Shown: one piece after another, positions 22,627 to 34,850 of the stretch
How the letters are laid out: the number at the start of each line of letters is the position of its first letter
Position numbering within the stretch: position 1 is the stretch's first letter
Source of the DNA: Octopus sinensis
Taxonomy: Eukaryota
DNA: 43,828 nucleotides
Direction: 5' to 3'
NCBI RefSeq assembly: GCF_006345805.1
Contig: NW_021834978.1
Coordinates: forward strand, 1 to 43,828
The notes under the pieces: model-generated
What the model saw: the letters and a program-made list of their open reading frames with translations, nothing else
The model's database searches: none
What the model was told of the DNA's origin: nothing
Made by a program: the position numbers and the translations under genes

Positions 22627-23140
22627 GGATCTTTTCACTTTGACCGGCAGATTTAAAAAATAATTTCTTTGTGACTAAACACGTTTAAACTTCGTATACT
22701 GATAGAATGTGTCACATAAAACATCTTTTTCTCTTGGAGTTATTGAGAAAATTCTGTAGTTTGTAAGTTATTTGTTCTTAAATGTATGTTTAATGTTTCA
22801 TATCAGTTGTGGCATCCGGTGCCGGCGACTGAGTATCGATCTATTTTATTACATTTCAATCTGTTTCTTAAACGAAATATACACCGCCGGAAGTTCTTGT
22901 TGAACTTGTTGACAAACAACAGCAGTAATTGTATTCACCTCAATAGACGTCATTGATTGGTTGAAATTGCCGAAATGCAAGAAATTTAAAAACAAATAAC
23001 TTACAAACTACAGAATTTTCTCAATAACTCCAAAAGAAAAAAATATTTTATGTGACACATTCTACCAGTATACGAAGTTTAAAAGTGTTCAGTTACAAAG
23101 AAATTATTTTTTAAATCAGCCGGTCAAAGTGAAAAGATCC
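22627..23140. mobile_element. Long-TIR MITE (arms of about 148 bp, GGATC termini), degenerate 8-bp TSD
   Basis: Left arm GGATCTTTTCACTTTGACCGGC...GTAAGTTATTTGTT pairs with right arm AACAAATAACTTAC...GCCGGTCAAAGTGAAAAGATCC. Flanks are GGATCCAC / TGATACAC (6/8 identical). Confidence 0.88.
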
Positions 23141-23879
23141 TGATACACTTATGAAAATGCTTTAAAAAATAATTTCTTTGTGACTAAACACGTTTAAACT
23201 TCGTATACTGATAGAATGTGTCACATAAAACATCTTTTTCTCTTGGAGTTATTGAGAAAATTCTGTAGTTTGTAAGTTATTTGTTCTTAAATGCTTTGAA
23301 GAGGTTAATGGTTACCTCTTTGACTGTATGACTTAATACTAGTATTCTTGTTATTTTTTTAAAATTAGTTTTTATCATTGAATTCACAGTCATGCTGGAA
23401 CACCGCCTTCGAAAGTATTGATCCATTATATCGTTGTCTGGTATTTTGTTTTTTCCATTACATCGTTGTCGGGTATTTTATTTTAGCGACTTCGAAAAAA
23501 GGACGAAACGTAAAGTCAACGACGACTGATACGTATCAAAAATACAAGTTTTCATTCGATGCACCGATGTCTTGCCTTTCCATACCTAGATTCCCCACCT
23601 CACACACACGTATGGATCGGAAAACTTTACGCCTAAACTCTGGAGCAATCTTAATAGAGATTTAATTTAAAGTCTATGTTTATTGGTTGTTTTGTCTCCC
23701 ACTCTATTTAAATGTATATTTAAATATACTCGCATTCAGCTAATAATCTTTTATCGGTTCTAATCAAGAAGAGCTATAGTCAACGACAATCCAGTTTTGA
23801 CCATCCAATAGTTTTCCAGACGTAGAGAACTACGTTATCGCATGTACTCTCTTTTCTGAGATGTGGGTGTAATATGGTT

Positions 23880-24090
23880 CCAGATCGTGATACAAGGCCC
23901 AGCAACTTTTGAGAAAAGGAGTAAGTCGATTCCAGTGTTCAAATGATAATTTCTTTTATCGACTACAAAAGGATAGCAAACAAAGTTGACAACAGCAGGA
24001 TTTGAACTAAGCACGTAGAAAATAGGGAGAAATGTTATGCTGCTAACAATATTGTCCGACCTGTTATAGCGATTCTGTTAGCTTGCTACT
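23880..24090 (-). mobile_element. SINE family A, strongly diverged
   Basis: TTTTATCGAC..AAAGGAT..CAAAGTTGAC...GGATTTGAACT motifs. Confidence 0.55.
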
Positions 24091-24246
24091 TTAACGATGA
24101 GAGAGATTTTACTGTTATTTCAAGCAAGTTGAGTAACCACAAAGACACGTCCTCATTGGCTCGTACACGAGGACGTAGTCTGTGGAAAGGATAGCTCATT
24201 CACAAAGGGACTTAAAACTGTTCAATTCGATCCTATTTTAGACGAT

Positions 24247-24560
24247 GTCTTCTTCTGCCTCCTTCTCTTCCTCTTCATTCACCTCTGTTTCTTCCTCCTC
24301 TGCTTCTTCCTCCGCTACCTCTTCCTCCTCTTTTGCCTCTTCTCCCTCCTCATCTGCCCTCTCCTCCTCATCTGCCTCCTCTGCTTGATCTCCTTTCTCA
24401 TCATCATCTGCCTCCTCCTCCTTATCTTCCTGTATCCTCTTCATCCTCATCTTCGTCCTCATCATCATCTGCCTCCGCCCCTCCTCTTCTGCCCCTTCTC
24501 TTCCGCCTCTCCTCCCTTTCTACTTTTCCTCCTCTTCTGCCTCCTCTCATCTCTTCTTTT
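24247..24560. repeat. Polypyrimidine/polypurine low-complexity tract ((CCT)/(CTT)/(CAT) mosaic)
   Basis: About 310 bp almost entirely C/T on the + strand. Confidence 0.9.
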
Positions 24561-24967
24561 AGCCTATAAAAAAAATGGCTGAAGTCACAATATCCTTAGA
24601 GAAAAGTATGGAAATCACAGATTTCTTTTAATACAATTTTAAAAACTGATACCTAGCTGGAGAATGCTATGAGGAAACAGGAAAACTTAAGGTCTGTACA
24701 AGAGCCCAACGGGAGGACCTCTATGTGTTCACTGGATCTGCTAGATATGGCTACCGAATTTCTCTCAAATCACATCGCAGCATCTTCAAATAAGACACGT
24801 TGAATAATCTGGTCTTAGGGTCTCTTCACACAAGAAAAAGACGGAATGGGCATGGCTGGAAGTCACTTCTGATCATTGATCTGATTGATAAGGATTTACC
24901 TTTCGTTACACATGTTAATATATCACGCTGTAACACGCACGCGTGCACACACACACACACACACACA

Positions 24968-25012
<45 letters not shown>

Positions 25013-25410
25013 CGTACGCACGAACACACACATACACACACATGCGCACGCATGCGATCGATTTGCTAGAAATACCAACCAAATCTCTCTCAAACCATAT
25101 TCTACAATCTTAAAAGCTTACAAGTTTTCGGACATATGTAGCCCGAAATGTAAAAAAATATATGTATAAAAGATATGCACAAAAAACAAAACAAAACAGG
25201 GCAGTCACGGTTGGAACGTTACTGAATCACAGGCCAGCTTTATATTAGCATAACAAGGGTGAAACGGGACTAAACACACCACCAGGTTGATTTGGTACTG
25301 AACAACAATAACAAACATTTTTATAACAAAAGTCATACACACAAAAAGAGGGGATGATCATGGCTAGAACGCTTTTGAATTATAGGCCTGCTTGACAACA
25401 ACAGTAACAG

Positions 25411-25580
25411 TGGAGGCGCAGTGGTTAGGGCAGCGGACTCGCGGTCGTAAGAACGCGGTTTCGATTCCCAGACCGGGCATTGTGAGTGTTTATTGAGCAA
25501 AGACACCTAAGCTCCACGAGACTCCGGCGGGGGAGGGGTGACTCCGCTGTACTCCGCTGCACCACAACTTTCTCTTATAC
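25411..25580 (+). mobile_element. SINE family C variant head, 3'-truncated
   Basis: TGGAGGCGCAGTGGTTAGGGCAGCGGACTCGCGGTCG...GGTTTCGATTCCCAGACC (A/B boxes); matches the reversed head at 31100-31200. Confidence 0.8.
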
Positions 25581-25989
25581 TTTCTTCCTACTTCTGCCAC
25601 AAAGCAGAGGAACCATTAGCCACAATGAATAATCTTTAATACTAAGAATGCGTGTGGCAACTTGAAGATCCACCCACCACCATGGAGGTTGCACGGGTGA
25701 GAAAGCTACGTTGTTATCCTCATTCCGTAAACGGTGGCTTTTAACGGGTGGAGAGCTGAACCAACCTGGAGCACAGAGGATTCGCAATGTAGACTAGGGT
25801 CTGAAAGTTTACCACTCCATAGTGGGTTACACCATGGTTCCTCCAAGATCTCCAATGACCAGCATTGGATAAACCATTAAGCAAAATAGGCACGTGCTTG
25901 GGACATCAATAGAAGCAGGGTACCACAGAAATGGTAAATGGTTTAAGGCACAAAAGAAATCACTTCAAATTTCCTAAATCAATACCGGT

Positions 25990-26195
25990 TCCAAATTTTG
26001 GCACAAGGCCGGCAAATTCGGGAAAGCGGGTAAGTCGATTACATCCACCCTAATTCTCAACTGGTACTTATTTTATCGACCTCGAAAGGATGAAAGGCAA
26101 AGTCAACCTTGGTGGAATTTGAACTTTGAACGTAAATACGGATACCACTAAGCATATTGTCCGAAGCACTAACGATTCTGCCAACTCGCGCCTTA
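25990..26195 (-). mobile_element. SINE family A copy
   Basis: Reverse core and head (GGATGAAAGGCAAAGTC, GGAATTTGAAC, GATTCTGCCAACTCG). Confidence 0.75.
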
Positions 26196-26398
26196 TTTGC
26201 TAAAATAATATTCAATGTGCTTTATATGATTGGAAATATAATTTTGATGTGTTCATGCTGTCATAGCAAGCATCTGATCAAAACTTTGAAATTAAAGAGA
26301 ATTTTTTTCGAATATAAATAAAGTGGAAGTATAAAAAATAAACATTATTTTCCATTTTGCTATTTGTTTGGATTCATTTACAACAATAAAAATTTATT

Positions 26399-26610
26399 AC
26401 GGAGATGTACTTGCATAGCAAGTGACCTGATCTGAGATCGTGTGCTGGAACGAAAACAATTGGAGCGTGGAAGGTGTTTATAAGCCATTTAAGAAACACA
26501 CAAAAACCGTTAGATTCACTTCATCATTTAAATTTAATTTGTCAAAATATTTTCGTCGCTTTGAGACCGCGACCTGTTCACTGACAAAATTCTGTGCTGC
26601 ATCTGAGCGG
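26399..26610. mobile_element. Unclassified 212-bp insertion flanked by a perfect 14-bp direct repeat
   Basis: AATAAAAATTTATT at 26385-26398 and 26611-26624; small internal hairpin ACTTGC(ata)GCAAGT. Confidence 0.6.
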
Positions 26611-26886
26611 AATAAAAATTTATTTTATGATTTATTTTTAGTCATATTTTGAATTATATATACATGGGGGTACCAAAATCTTTTAAGTGCTTAGAACCTC
26701 TATGAGTCTTAATCAGTCCTGCCACTGACCATGCGTAAATTTCAGAGTGAAACGGTGACTGAAATAAACTGCAGCGGTATTTACGATGGCCAGTAACTAT
26801 ATTAGTCACAATAGCAGTCTTCCCGAAAGCCTGGAAAGGTCATAGATGTAGCAAGTCCTTTTTCCCATCGAAATCTTTAAAAATGA

Positions 26887-26899
<13 letters not shown>

Positions 26900-26920
<21 letters not shown>

Positions 26921-27545
26921 TATACGACCGGCTTCTTTCAGTTTCCATCTACCAAATCCACTCACAAGGCTTTGGTCAGCCCAAGGCAATAATAGAAGAC
27001 ACTTGCCCAAGGTACCATGCAATGGGACTGAACCCGGAACCATGTGGTTGAGAAGCAAGCTTCTTACCACACAGTCATACCTGCGCCTTACACACACACA
27101 CGCGCGCGCGCGCGCGCGCGCGCACACACACACATAATATTAATTGTTTATAAGATTCATTTAGATAAAGGTAATTTAATAGGAACACTAAGTCAGGGTC
27201 GAGATTAGCATATCCGTGTATAAACAGTATACAGACACTCACGCATATATCAATACACATACGGACAACTCCTAACACGTACATATACATGCACATGAAC
27301 AAATCAACTTACCACACAGCCAGGAGTGTGCGTCTGTGTTTGTCCCACCAACATCGCTTCACAGCCGATGCTGGTGTGTTTACGTCCCCGTAACTTAGCG
27401 GTTCAGCAAAAGTGACCGATAGAATAAGTACTAGGCTTCCAAAGAATAAGTCCTGGGGTCGATTTGCTCGACTAAAGTCGGTGCTCCAGCATGGCCGCAG
27501 TCAAATGCCTGAAACAAATAAAAGAGTAAAAGAGTAAAAGAATAT
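26900..27545. mobile_element. SINE family B halves in opposite orientation (5' half minus 26900-27088; 3' half plus about 27325-27545)
   Basis: Each half matches the corresponding part of the 37886-38348 copy. Confidence 0.8.
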
Positions 27546-28151
27546 AAATATAAATGAATATGAAATTATATCCTCCTGCATGCCGGCATACAGTTTCACA
27601 AGCCACTATGAGTCTCAGATCCAATGTAGGAAAGGTTCCAAGTGCAGTGTTTACATAAAGAAAGAAAGAAAACACAAAAAGGGTTAAAGTTCACTACAGC
27701 TGTTTCAGAAGCGTTTTTGTTTTATCGATTACATCATGGGGAAAAAAAAAACGTTTTTTCTCGGGTGAATTAAAAACTTAAAATTTAAGATTTAAATTTG
27801 TTTCAGAAGTAATATCAAGACATGGAATGCGTGGTGACCATTTCACTTTGGCAATAAGTAAATCAGTACTTTTTGTTCTTGTAGTTTGTTATGTACCGCC
27901 ATCTGCAACACCTGTTGCATCTCGATATTTCTAACTCCCACGACAATCCTATGCGTCGCTGGAGCGCCACCAACAACTATCACAGTTCAACGCGACGACC
28001 ACACATCGTCAATGCACTTAACGATGTTCACCTCCTCATCACACATCAATACCACCATAACCATAATTGATACCAACATCAGCACCCCCTACACACACAC
28101 ATCTACCCCATTATTACCACTACCACCACCACCATCGCTCCACCACAACTA

Positions 28152-28280
28152 TCATCGCCACCCGACCACCTTCATCATCCTCATCGCCACCCGGCCACTT
28201 CCATCGCCACCCGACCTCTTCCATCGCCACCCGATCACTTCCATCGCCACCTGTCCACCTCCATTGCCACCCGGCTACCA
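28152..28280. repeat. 20-bp minisatellite (C/T)CATCGCCACCCGNCCACTT, 5 tandem units plus 1, within an (ACC)n-rich field (about 28000-28700)
   Basis: Units start at 28181, 28201, 28221, 28241 and 28261, with a detached unit at 28152. Confidence 0.9.
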
Positions 28281-28890
28281 TGATCACCATCACCACTATC
28301 ACCACCACAATGACAACAACCGCCATAATACCATCATTACCACCGCAACCACCACCACTGCCACACCTTCAGCACCACCAAGACCAACACACCACCACCA
28401 CCACCACCACCACTATCACAACTACAACCACTACCACCATCAATACTACCATCCCCACCATCACCGTCACTAACACTACTATTACAATCACCATCACCAC
28501 CACCACCACTAAAACTACCACCGCGCCATCACTAGTAGCATCAGCATCACCAGCACCACCAGCACCACCACCACTACTATCACCACCACTGCCGCTACAC
28601 CCCCGACACCGCTATCACCATCGCCGTCGTCACCGCCGTCGCTACTACAGTCGCCACCGCCGTCTCCATGACAGCCACTGTCGCAGCCGCTACCACTTAA
28701 TGTAATTCCTTAAAGAGAAACGCCAAGACACCTGGAAGGTATTAAAAGCAATGAAAGAAAAAAAAGATAAAAAGACAGAACAAATAATACAAAAATAAGA
28801 AAGAAAAACGTAGAAGAAAACTAACAAAAGAAAAGTTAACATATATTTTCTATAATCTTCAACATTAACAACTACAATAACTACACTTCC

Positions 28891-28922
<32 letters not shown>

Positions 28923-29668
28923 CGAAAACAACAGCCACAGCATCCACAACAACAAAGCCAATCTCAACATTCAGGACAGCAGTAATAATCAACCGACTCA
29001 TTCAAGGGAAGTAAACAAGTGATCAAAAAGGGAAAGTTGGTCTGGTCGTTGATCTGTCTGTCTGTTTGTCTGACTGCCTGTACGTTGGTCTTCGACATTC
29101 TGTTTTATATATATATATTTTTGTTGCTACTGTCGTCTTAATGTATTTTTGTTATTTTCGCTTTTGCTTTTTGTTTTATGATTTCTTTAATTGTTATTTA
29201 CTTATTTGTTGTCGTTGTTGTTGTTGCGGCTGTTTTTGTTTTTGTCTTTGTCTTCGCATTTCGTTTTTATTTTTATATTTATTAATTTTTCTTCCTTGTT
29301 ACTATGGTGAAGCTATTTATAATCGCAACAGGCTACATCAAAGTTCCAAATCTTCTTGAAGTGGAATAAAACTTTCCTTGACTTTGTGTGCCAATCTGTA
29401 TGTGATTTCGTATACGTACAAAAACCGCCATAATACCATCATTACCACCACCACCGCAACCACCACCGCAACCACCACCACTGCTACCACTGCCACGCCT
29501 TCAGCACCGCCAAGACCAACACCACCACCTTTCAGTTTCTTTCTACCAAATCCACTCACAAGGACTTGATCTACTCGAGACCATATTAAAAGACATTTGC
29601 CTATGGTGCTACGCAGAGGGACTGAACCCGGAATTACATTATATATTGCATATACTGTTTTAGCAAAG

Positions 29669-30095
29669 GGATCTTGTCGGTTTGACCGGCAGTTTTTTAA
29701 AATAATTTCCACGTAACTAAACACTTTTAAACTTCGTATACTGGTAGAATGTGTTCATAAAACATCTTTTTCTCTTGGCTTTATTGAGAAAATTCTATAG
29801 TTTGTAAGATATTTGTTGTTTTTTATCTTCAATTTCTGCAATTTCAACCAATCAAGGACGTCTATTGAGGTGAACATTCTGTGCCGTATTAATAAGTCCC
29901 TCGTTTAAGAAACAGATTGGGTTTATTTACAATTCTGAAGAAAAACAGATACCCTTCCCCCAACCCCTAACCCTAACTAACCCTAACCCTAAAACAGATT
30001 GAAATGCAATAGATCGATGCTAGGGTCGTAATTATGGGCGACAATTTCATATGACACCGCTAGAAAAAAAACTGCCGTTCAAAACGAAAATATCC
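29669..30095. mobile_element. MITE of the same family as 22627-23140, perfect 8-bp TSD, internal (CCCTAA)n
   Basis: TSD TAGCAAAG at 29661-29668 and 30096-30103; termini GGATCTTG...AAATATCC; interior matches the 22627 copy in reverse orientation. Confidence 0.9.
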
Positions 30096-30919
30096 TAGCA
30101 AAGCAATAACAGCCTTATTTGTTATAAACAGAAGCCAAGTTACCTTCAAATTACACCATCACACCTTTCTTCCTTAAAGAAGAAGAGAAAGGACATGTTG
30201 CATAATTAGTGCTCGATAAAGAGTTAGGAAAAAAGACGGGATTTTCACCATGAAAATAAATGTCTTTGGCAATAAGTTTGTTCGATTAGTTTTGAACTTA
30301 GGGCAGCATCAATAACAACACTAGAAGAAATTCGTTCCGTGAACCCCTACCACCAAAACCAAAAAACAAAAATTGAATGAATCGATTGAACCTGATTGAA
30401 AAGAACTAAAGATCAAGTCAACGTTTCGATCTTCCAGTAAAAGTATTCTTTAAGTACGGTGATGGACCACCTATCATCGTAGAAATAGGGATTTAACTAT
30501 TTTAATCTCAGTGATGGCAACCCGACTTGGAGCATTGATCGTGTCAAATTGCCAAGGACATTCATAGAGCTGGGTAGGATGGGATCTGTGTCACCAAACA
30601 CTAAAGAGGGTGTCATACTTGTTATAGATTCTTTCTCTGAGCTGAGATAGTCTTTTGCAGTTTAGAATGGCCAGGACCATGGCGAGTTATCGTGGCATCA
30701 AAAACACATGCGAGGTTGACCTTCTTAATAGAAATACTTCTCGGCTCTGGAATGGTTTTTTGCAGTTTGGCACGACCAAACGCTTCTCATCGGGTTGCTA
30801 TCGCTCAGACTTTTGGAGTCACCACTCTATTGAGATGAGCAGGGCCTTCATACAGAATTTTGGTGAGGCAGAACAAGACTGTTTTCGGACCACAAATGTT
30901 TTGTTTGTTTCTTCTCGAG

Positions 30920-31200
30920 CCACGCCTGGCTCATAGGGCCGGTTTCCCGGTTTCCTTGGCGTATAGGTTCCCCACCTGGACGGGACGCCGGTCCGTTGCA
31001 GGTGAGCTGCAAGATGCAGGAGAAAAGAGTGAGAGAAATTAGTGGCGAAAGAGTCAGCAGAAGTTCGCCATTACATTCTGCTGGAGCCGCGTGGAGCTTA
31101 GGTGTTTCGCTCATAAACACACACATCGCCCGGTCTGAGATTCGAACCCGCGATCCCTCGACCGCGAGTCCGCTGCTCTAACCACTAGGCCATGTGCCTC
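30920..31200 (-). mobile_element. SINE family C variant, full length
   Basis: Reverse complement gives GAGGCACATGGCCTAGTGGTTAGAGCAGCGGACTCGCGG...GGGTTCGAATCTCAG (A/B boxes) through the tail GGAAACCGGGAAACCGGCCCTATGAGCC. Confidence 0.85.
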
Positions 31201-31742
31201 TACGACCACAAATGTGATCCTTGCTAAATTCAGTGAGGAGCCCTCTGGGGCCTTGGACCAATGTGCTAGCTGACACCTATCCCACCTCCTTATAAGCTCT
31301 GATAATGAATGATTCATCAATACACAGAAAGAACAGCTTCTATGAATGATAGAAACTTTGATTTGATTAGTTCTTATCAATCAGGTTGATTCACTTCATT
31401 TAAAACTGTTTACGAAATAAACGTGCTGTAGTTGTGGTTGTTATTGCTGTTGCTGTCGAACAGACTTATTGTCAAAAGACATTCCAACATTGACGATCCT
31501 GCTTTATTTTATCAAACACTAGCTTAAAAGCTGCACTCCGTGCGGACTTTTGAGCTAGCTGCAGCGGAGGGCTAATTGGGTCTGCGGCCCCACACCAAAG
31601 AAATCGATAATAATAAAGTATTTATTAGTACCCTACCGATATGGTATTACTTTAAATTTAAATGAAAAACTTGTAATATCACAAAATTTTGAAGTTCTTT
31701 TAAAATTTGAATAGAAGATATATATATATATTATATATATAA

Positions 31743-31776
<34 letters not shown>

Positions 31777-31782
31777 GTTAAT

Positions 31783-32980
31783 CCAAACAAGAAAGCACAA
31801 AAAAACACAACAACGCGAGGACGTGGAACAAATATAGTATTATTGGACGCTCAGGAAAGAAGGAGCTCTTCGTCGGAAATATAGGAGAAGGAAAGATCTA
31901 TAAGTAAATATAACACCTTCAAAGGTAATTACGCTATGAATACTAGTAAAAATATTTGGTTAATAATTCCTTACGGGAGACAAATTAAATCTAATCTCCC
32001 ACTGCTGTTTCGTCAAGCTATTGCTAGGAATTTTCCAAACAATTCTAGATATTATTCTATAATTAATTCACATAAGGTTAGGATAGGTTTTTCAAACACA
32101 AAAAATCTCTTGCAAATTATATCTTCTCATAATAGCAAACTGTTAAATATTAATACATTTACTAATACTAAGATTAATTTAGCTAATACCATCCATCCCT
32201 CTAGAAATATTAATAACAAGGTTATTGTATCTGAAGTCAATTCCAATAGAATTAAATTTATGTCAAGTAACTCTAAGATTAAAAATTCTATATACCAGTG
32301 TATAATCACTACTCGTAATAAAGTACGATTTTACATTGGAAGCACATCGTTAGAGTTATCTAAAAGAATTTCTATCCATTACTCAACATTTAGGGATAGA
32401 AATAAACGGAATAGTACCGGTCTCAGCAAACTGATTTGAGATTTAAAAGACCACAATGAACAATTTCATTTAGAATGGTTGATCCTCTCAATTTCGATAC
32501 CATATGACAAAGGCAAGAAATTCTGTCTTCTCTGCAATTCTGAGCTATTTTTCATTATTTTTTCTAAAAATACTCTAGTAAACACGGTTATAGAGCGAGC
32601 ATACAGATGTAAGCATTGGCAAAAACATACATTTAGTGCATATAAGTAGTCTCTATCATTATATATAATTTAAACTTTAATTTCCTTTATATTTAACTTT
32701 CACTATTAATATCCCTACTCTTTCTGTTAGCTACTTATGAAGTTATATCATATAACGTTTTTTTTAAACAATATTAATAGCGTTCTGTCTATCGCTATAC
32801 AAATCCATCATTTTTTGCTAAAATGTCGTATTGACGAGTTTCGTTTTTTTCACTTTCCCGAAGAGAAGATTGCATTGTTTATACCATTTATTCTTTTGAA
32901 TAGTATCAGTGGAATTTTCGAAACATGTGTCGAAAGTAAAAATATTTGTTTACACCTGCGTTAACTCCATTTTTTATTCA
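31783..32980 (+). mobile_element. Penelope-like element remnant: GIY-YIG endonuclease pseudogene with 3' hammerhead and inverted 5' terminal fragment
   Basis: 31936-32648 reads ...NSIYQCIITT..RFYIGSTSLELSKRISIHYSTFRDRNKRNSTGLSKLI*DLK..EQFHLEWLIL....YDKGKKFCLLCNSE...RCKHWQK. This is the PLE GIY-YIG pattern with a probable TGG>TGA stop at 32437. It is flanked by (TA)n. Confidence 0.85.
32852..32937 (+). ncRNA. Type I hammerhead ribozyme fold at the PLE 3' end
   Basis: Stem I ACTTTC(32852-57)/GAAAGT(32932-37); core CCGAAGA(32858-64); stem II GAAGATT/AATTTTC, extended by CATTG/CAGTG, ATAC/GTAT and TATTC/GAATA; GAAA(32920-23); stem III AC(atgt)GT; cleavage triplet GUC with C17 at 32931. Confidence 0.75.
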
Positions 32981-33768
32981 TATATATATATATATATATA
33001 GGCGTGATTCGAAGATGATTTGCCTGCTATTGCTAACAGATCAGTGTTCATGGTCATCCCCCACACCACCGCCACCACAATCATCATCCTGTAATTTCCT
33101 CACTGAAAAATATATACCTATAAGTCGTCATTGATATAAATTGAATATAAGCTGATGAGTACACAAACCCGTTCTATAAAGTACCCAAGAATCCACAAAG
33201 AATAATCTTAATTATTTTTGCTCGCTCAATAACAACCAATCCCCCCAAAATATCTATTTAGACTGTTTAATCAATTAATGAACAATTTCTTTTTTTTTTT
33301 ATGCATTTTTGATATCACCATCTTTACGATTTCATAACCCTGCTTCAATTTAGTGTTTGGTGCGGTTTATTTTATCAAAGGCTTTTGAGTGAGAGAGAGA
33401 GAAAAGAATACAATTAAAAAAAACCTAAGAATTTATACAAACATCGCTACGACATTAACACAACACTTAACCGCATACACAAGCGTATACAAATACATTA
33501 AACAAACGTAGAAACAGAATTTAATATATACACTCACTTCTCACAGATGTTTCTCTCTCCTCCACCCTCCACCCTGTTGCAGTCATTATACTACAACGTG
33601 TGGGAGGAGATTTATCACCTCACACCACTACTCGCTACCGCTAGTAATCTTTAAACTAGTATTAATAAAAGCTACAGTTCTTTCTTTTTTTTTTTTTTTC
33701 CTAAGGTAGAAACAAATTTCGTTACTTGCAGCCGAAAAATGTTTTTACACTGCTTGTGTGTGTGTGTG

Positions 33769-33821
<53 letters not shown>

Positions 33822-34180
33822 TGTGTATGCGTGAGTGTGTGTGTTTGTGTATATGTATGCGTGTATACAGAGACATGTATATATATATATATATATACAC
33901 ATACACACTCATATCCATATACATATATAGTATATACATACAGATATACCTATACACACACACATATACATACCTATATATAAATATATATATATATATG
34001 TATACAGATCACTCTTTGTCTCTCTCTCTCTCTCTCTCACTCTCTCTCTCTCTGTATATATATACGTATGCACATACATACATACATGCATACATACATG
34101 CATACATACATACATACATACATACATACATACATACATACATACATGCACACACATACATACCTATACATACGGATAGA

Positions 34181-34226
<46 letters not shown>

Positions 34227-34439
34227 GTCTGTACATGTATATATAATTTAATTCACCTGTCGGGTGAACAGGGGTCCATTTTGTGCGCGGAAATGAAGAA
34301 CAAACAATTCTGCCGCATCTGTTGACTCAGTGACGAGGTATTAAACGCTGAAACCTTTCGCCTTACCTCACCAATTGCTCGCCCAACATCAACATCAGCA
34401 ACACCACCACCACCACCACTACTACCGTCTTTGCAAGAA

Positions 34440-34492
34440 AGATTGCAACAACAGCAACAACAACAAAATGAAAATAATTAGTAGTAGTAGTA

Positions 34493-34578
<86 letters not shown>

Positions 34579-34605
34579 GGTGGTGGTGGTGGTGGTGGTG
34601 GATCC
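34440..34605. repeat. Compound trinucleotide microsatellite (AAC)n-(AGT)n-(AGC)n-(GGT)n
   Basis: Directly visible; source of the spurious poly-S/T/L ORFs. Confidence 0.95.
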
Positions 34606-34850
34606 TTGCATACGTAATCTGACATTCTAGTCATAACATTTTCACTCTGCTTAAATCTCTGGATGATGGATGATTCGGCGGATGATTTAGACGTACAATA
34701 AAAGATACTAAATACATACATACATACATACATACATACATACATACATACATACATACATACATACATACATACATACATACATACATACATAGACGCG
34801 TTCATACATACATGGTGACTGACTGCTTCTTAGAGAGCTTGACCACTATA

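Noticed and set aside
24238-24468. Acidic Glu-rich ORF on the minus strand
   Set aside because: It lies in a polypurine low-complexity tract where stops are depleted by composition, and there are no partner exons.
27886-28705. 195-aa and 212-aa His/Thr/Pro-rich ORFs
   Set aside because: They arise from an (ACC)n-rich field that is open in several frames, with no splice sites or domain recognised.
33152-33190. CTGATGA followed by GTAC...GTAC, a possible hammerhead
   Set aside because: No GAAA or stem III follows stem II.
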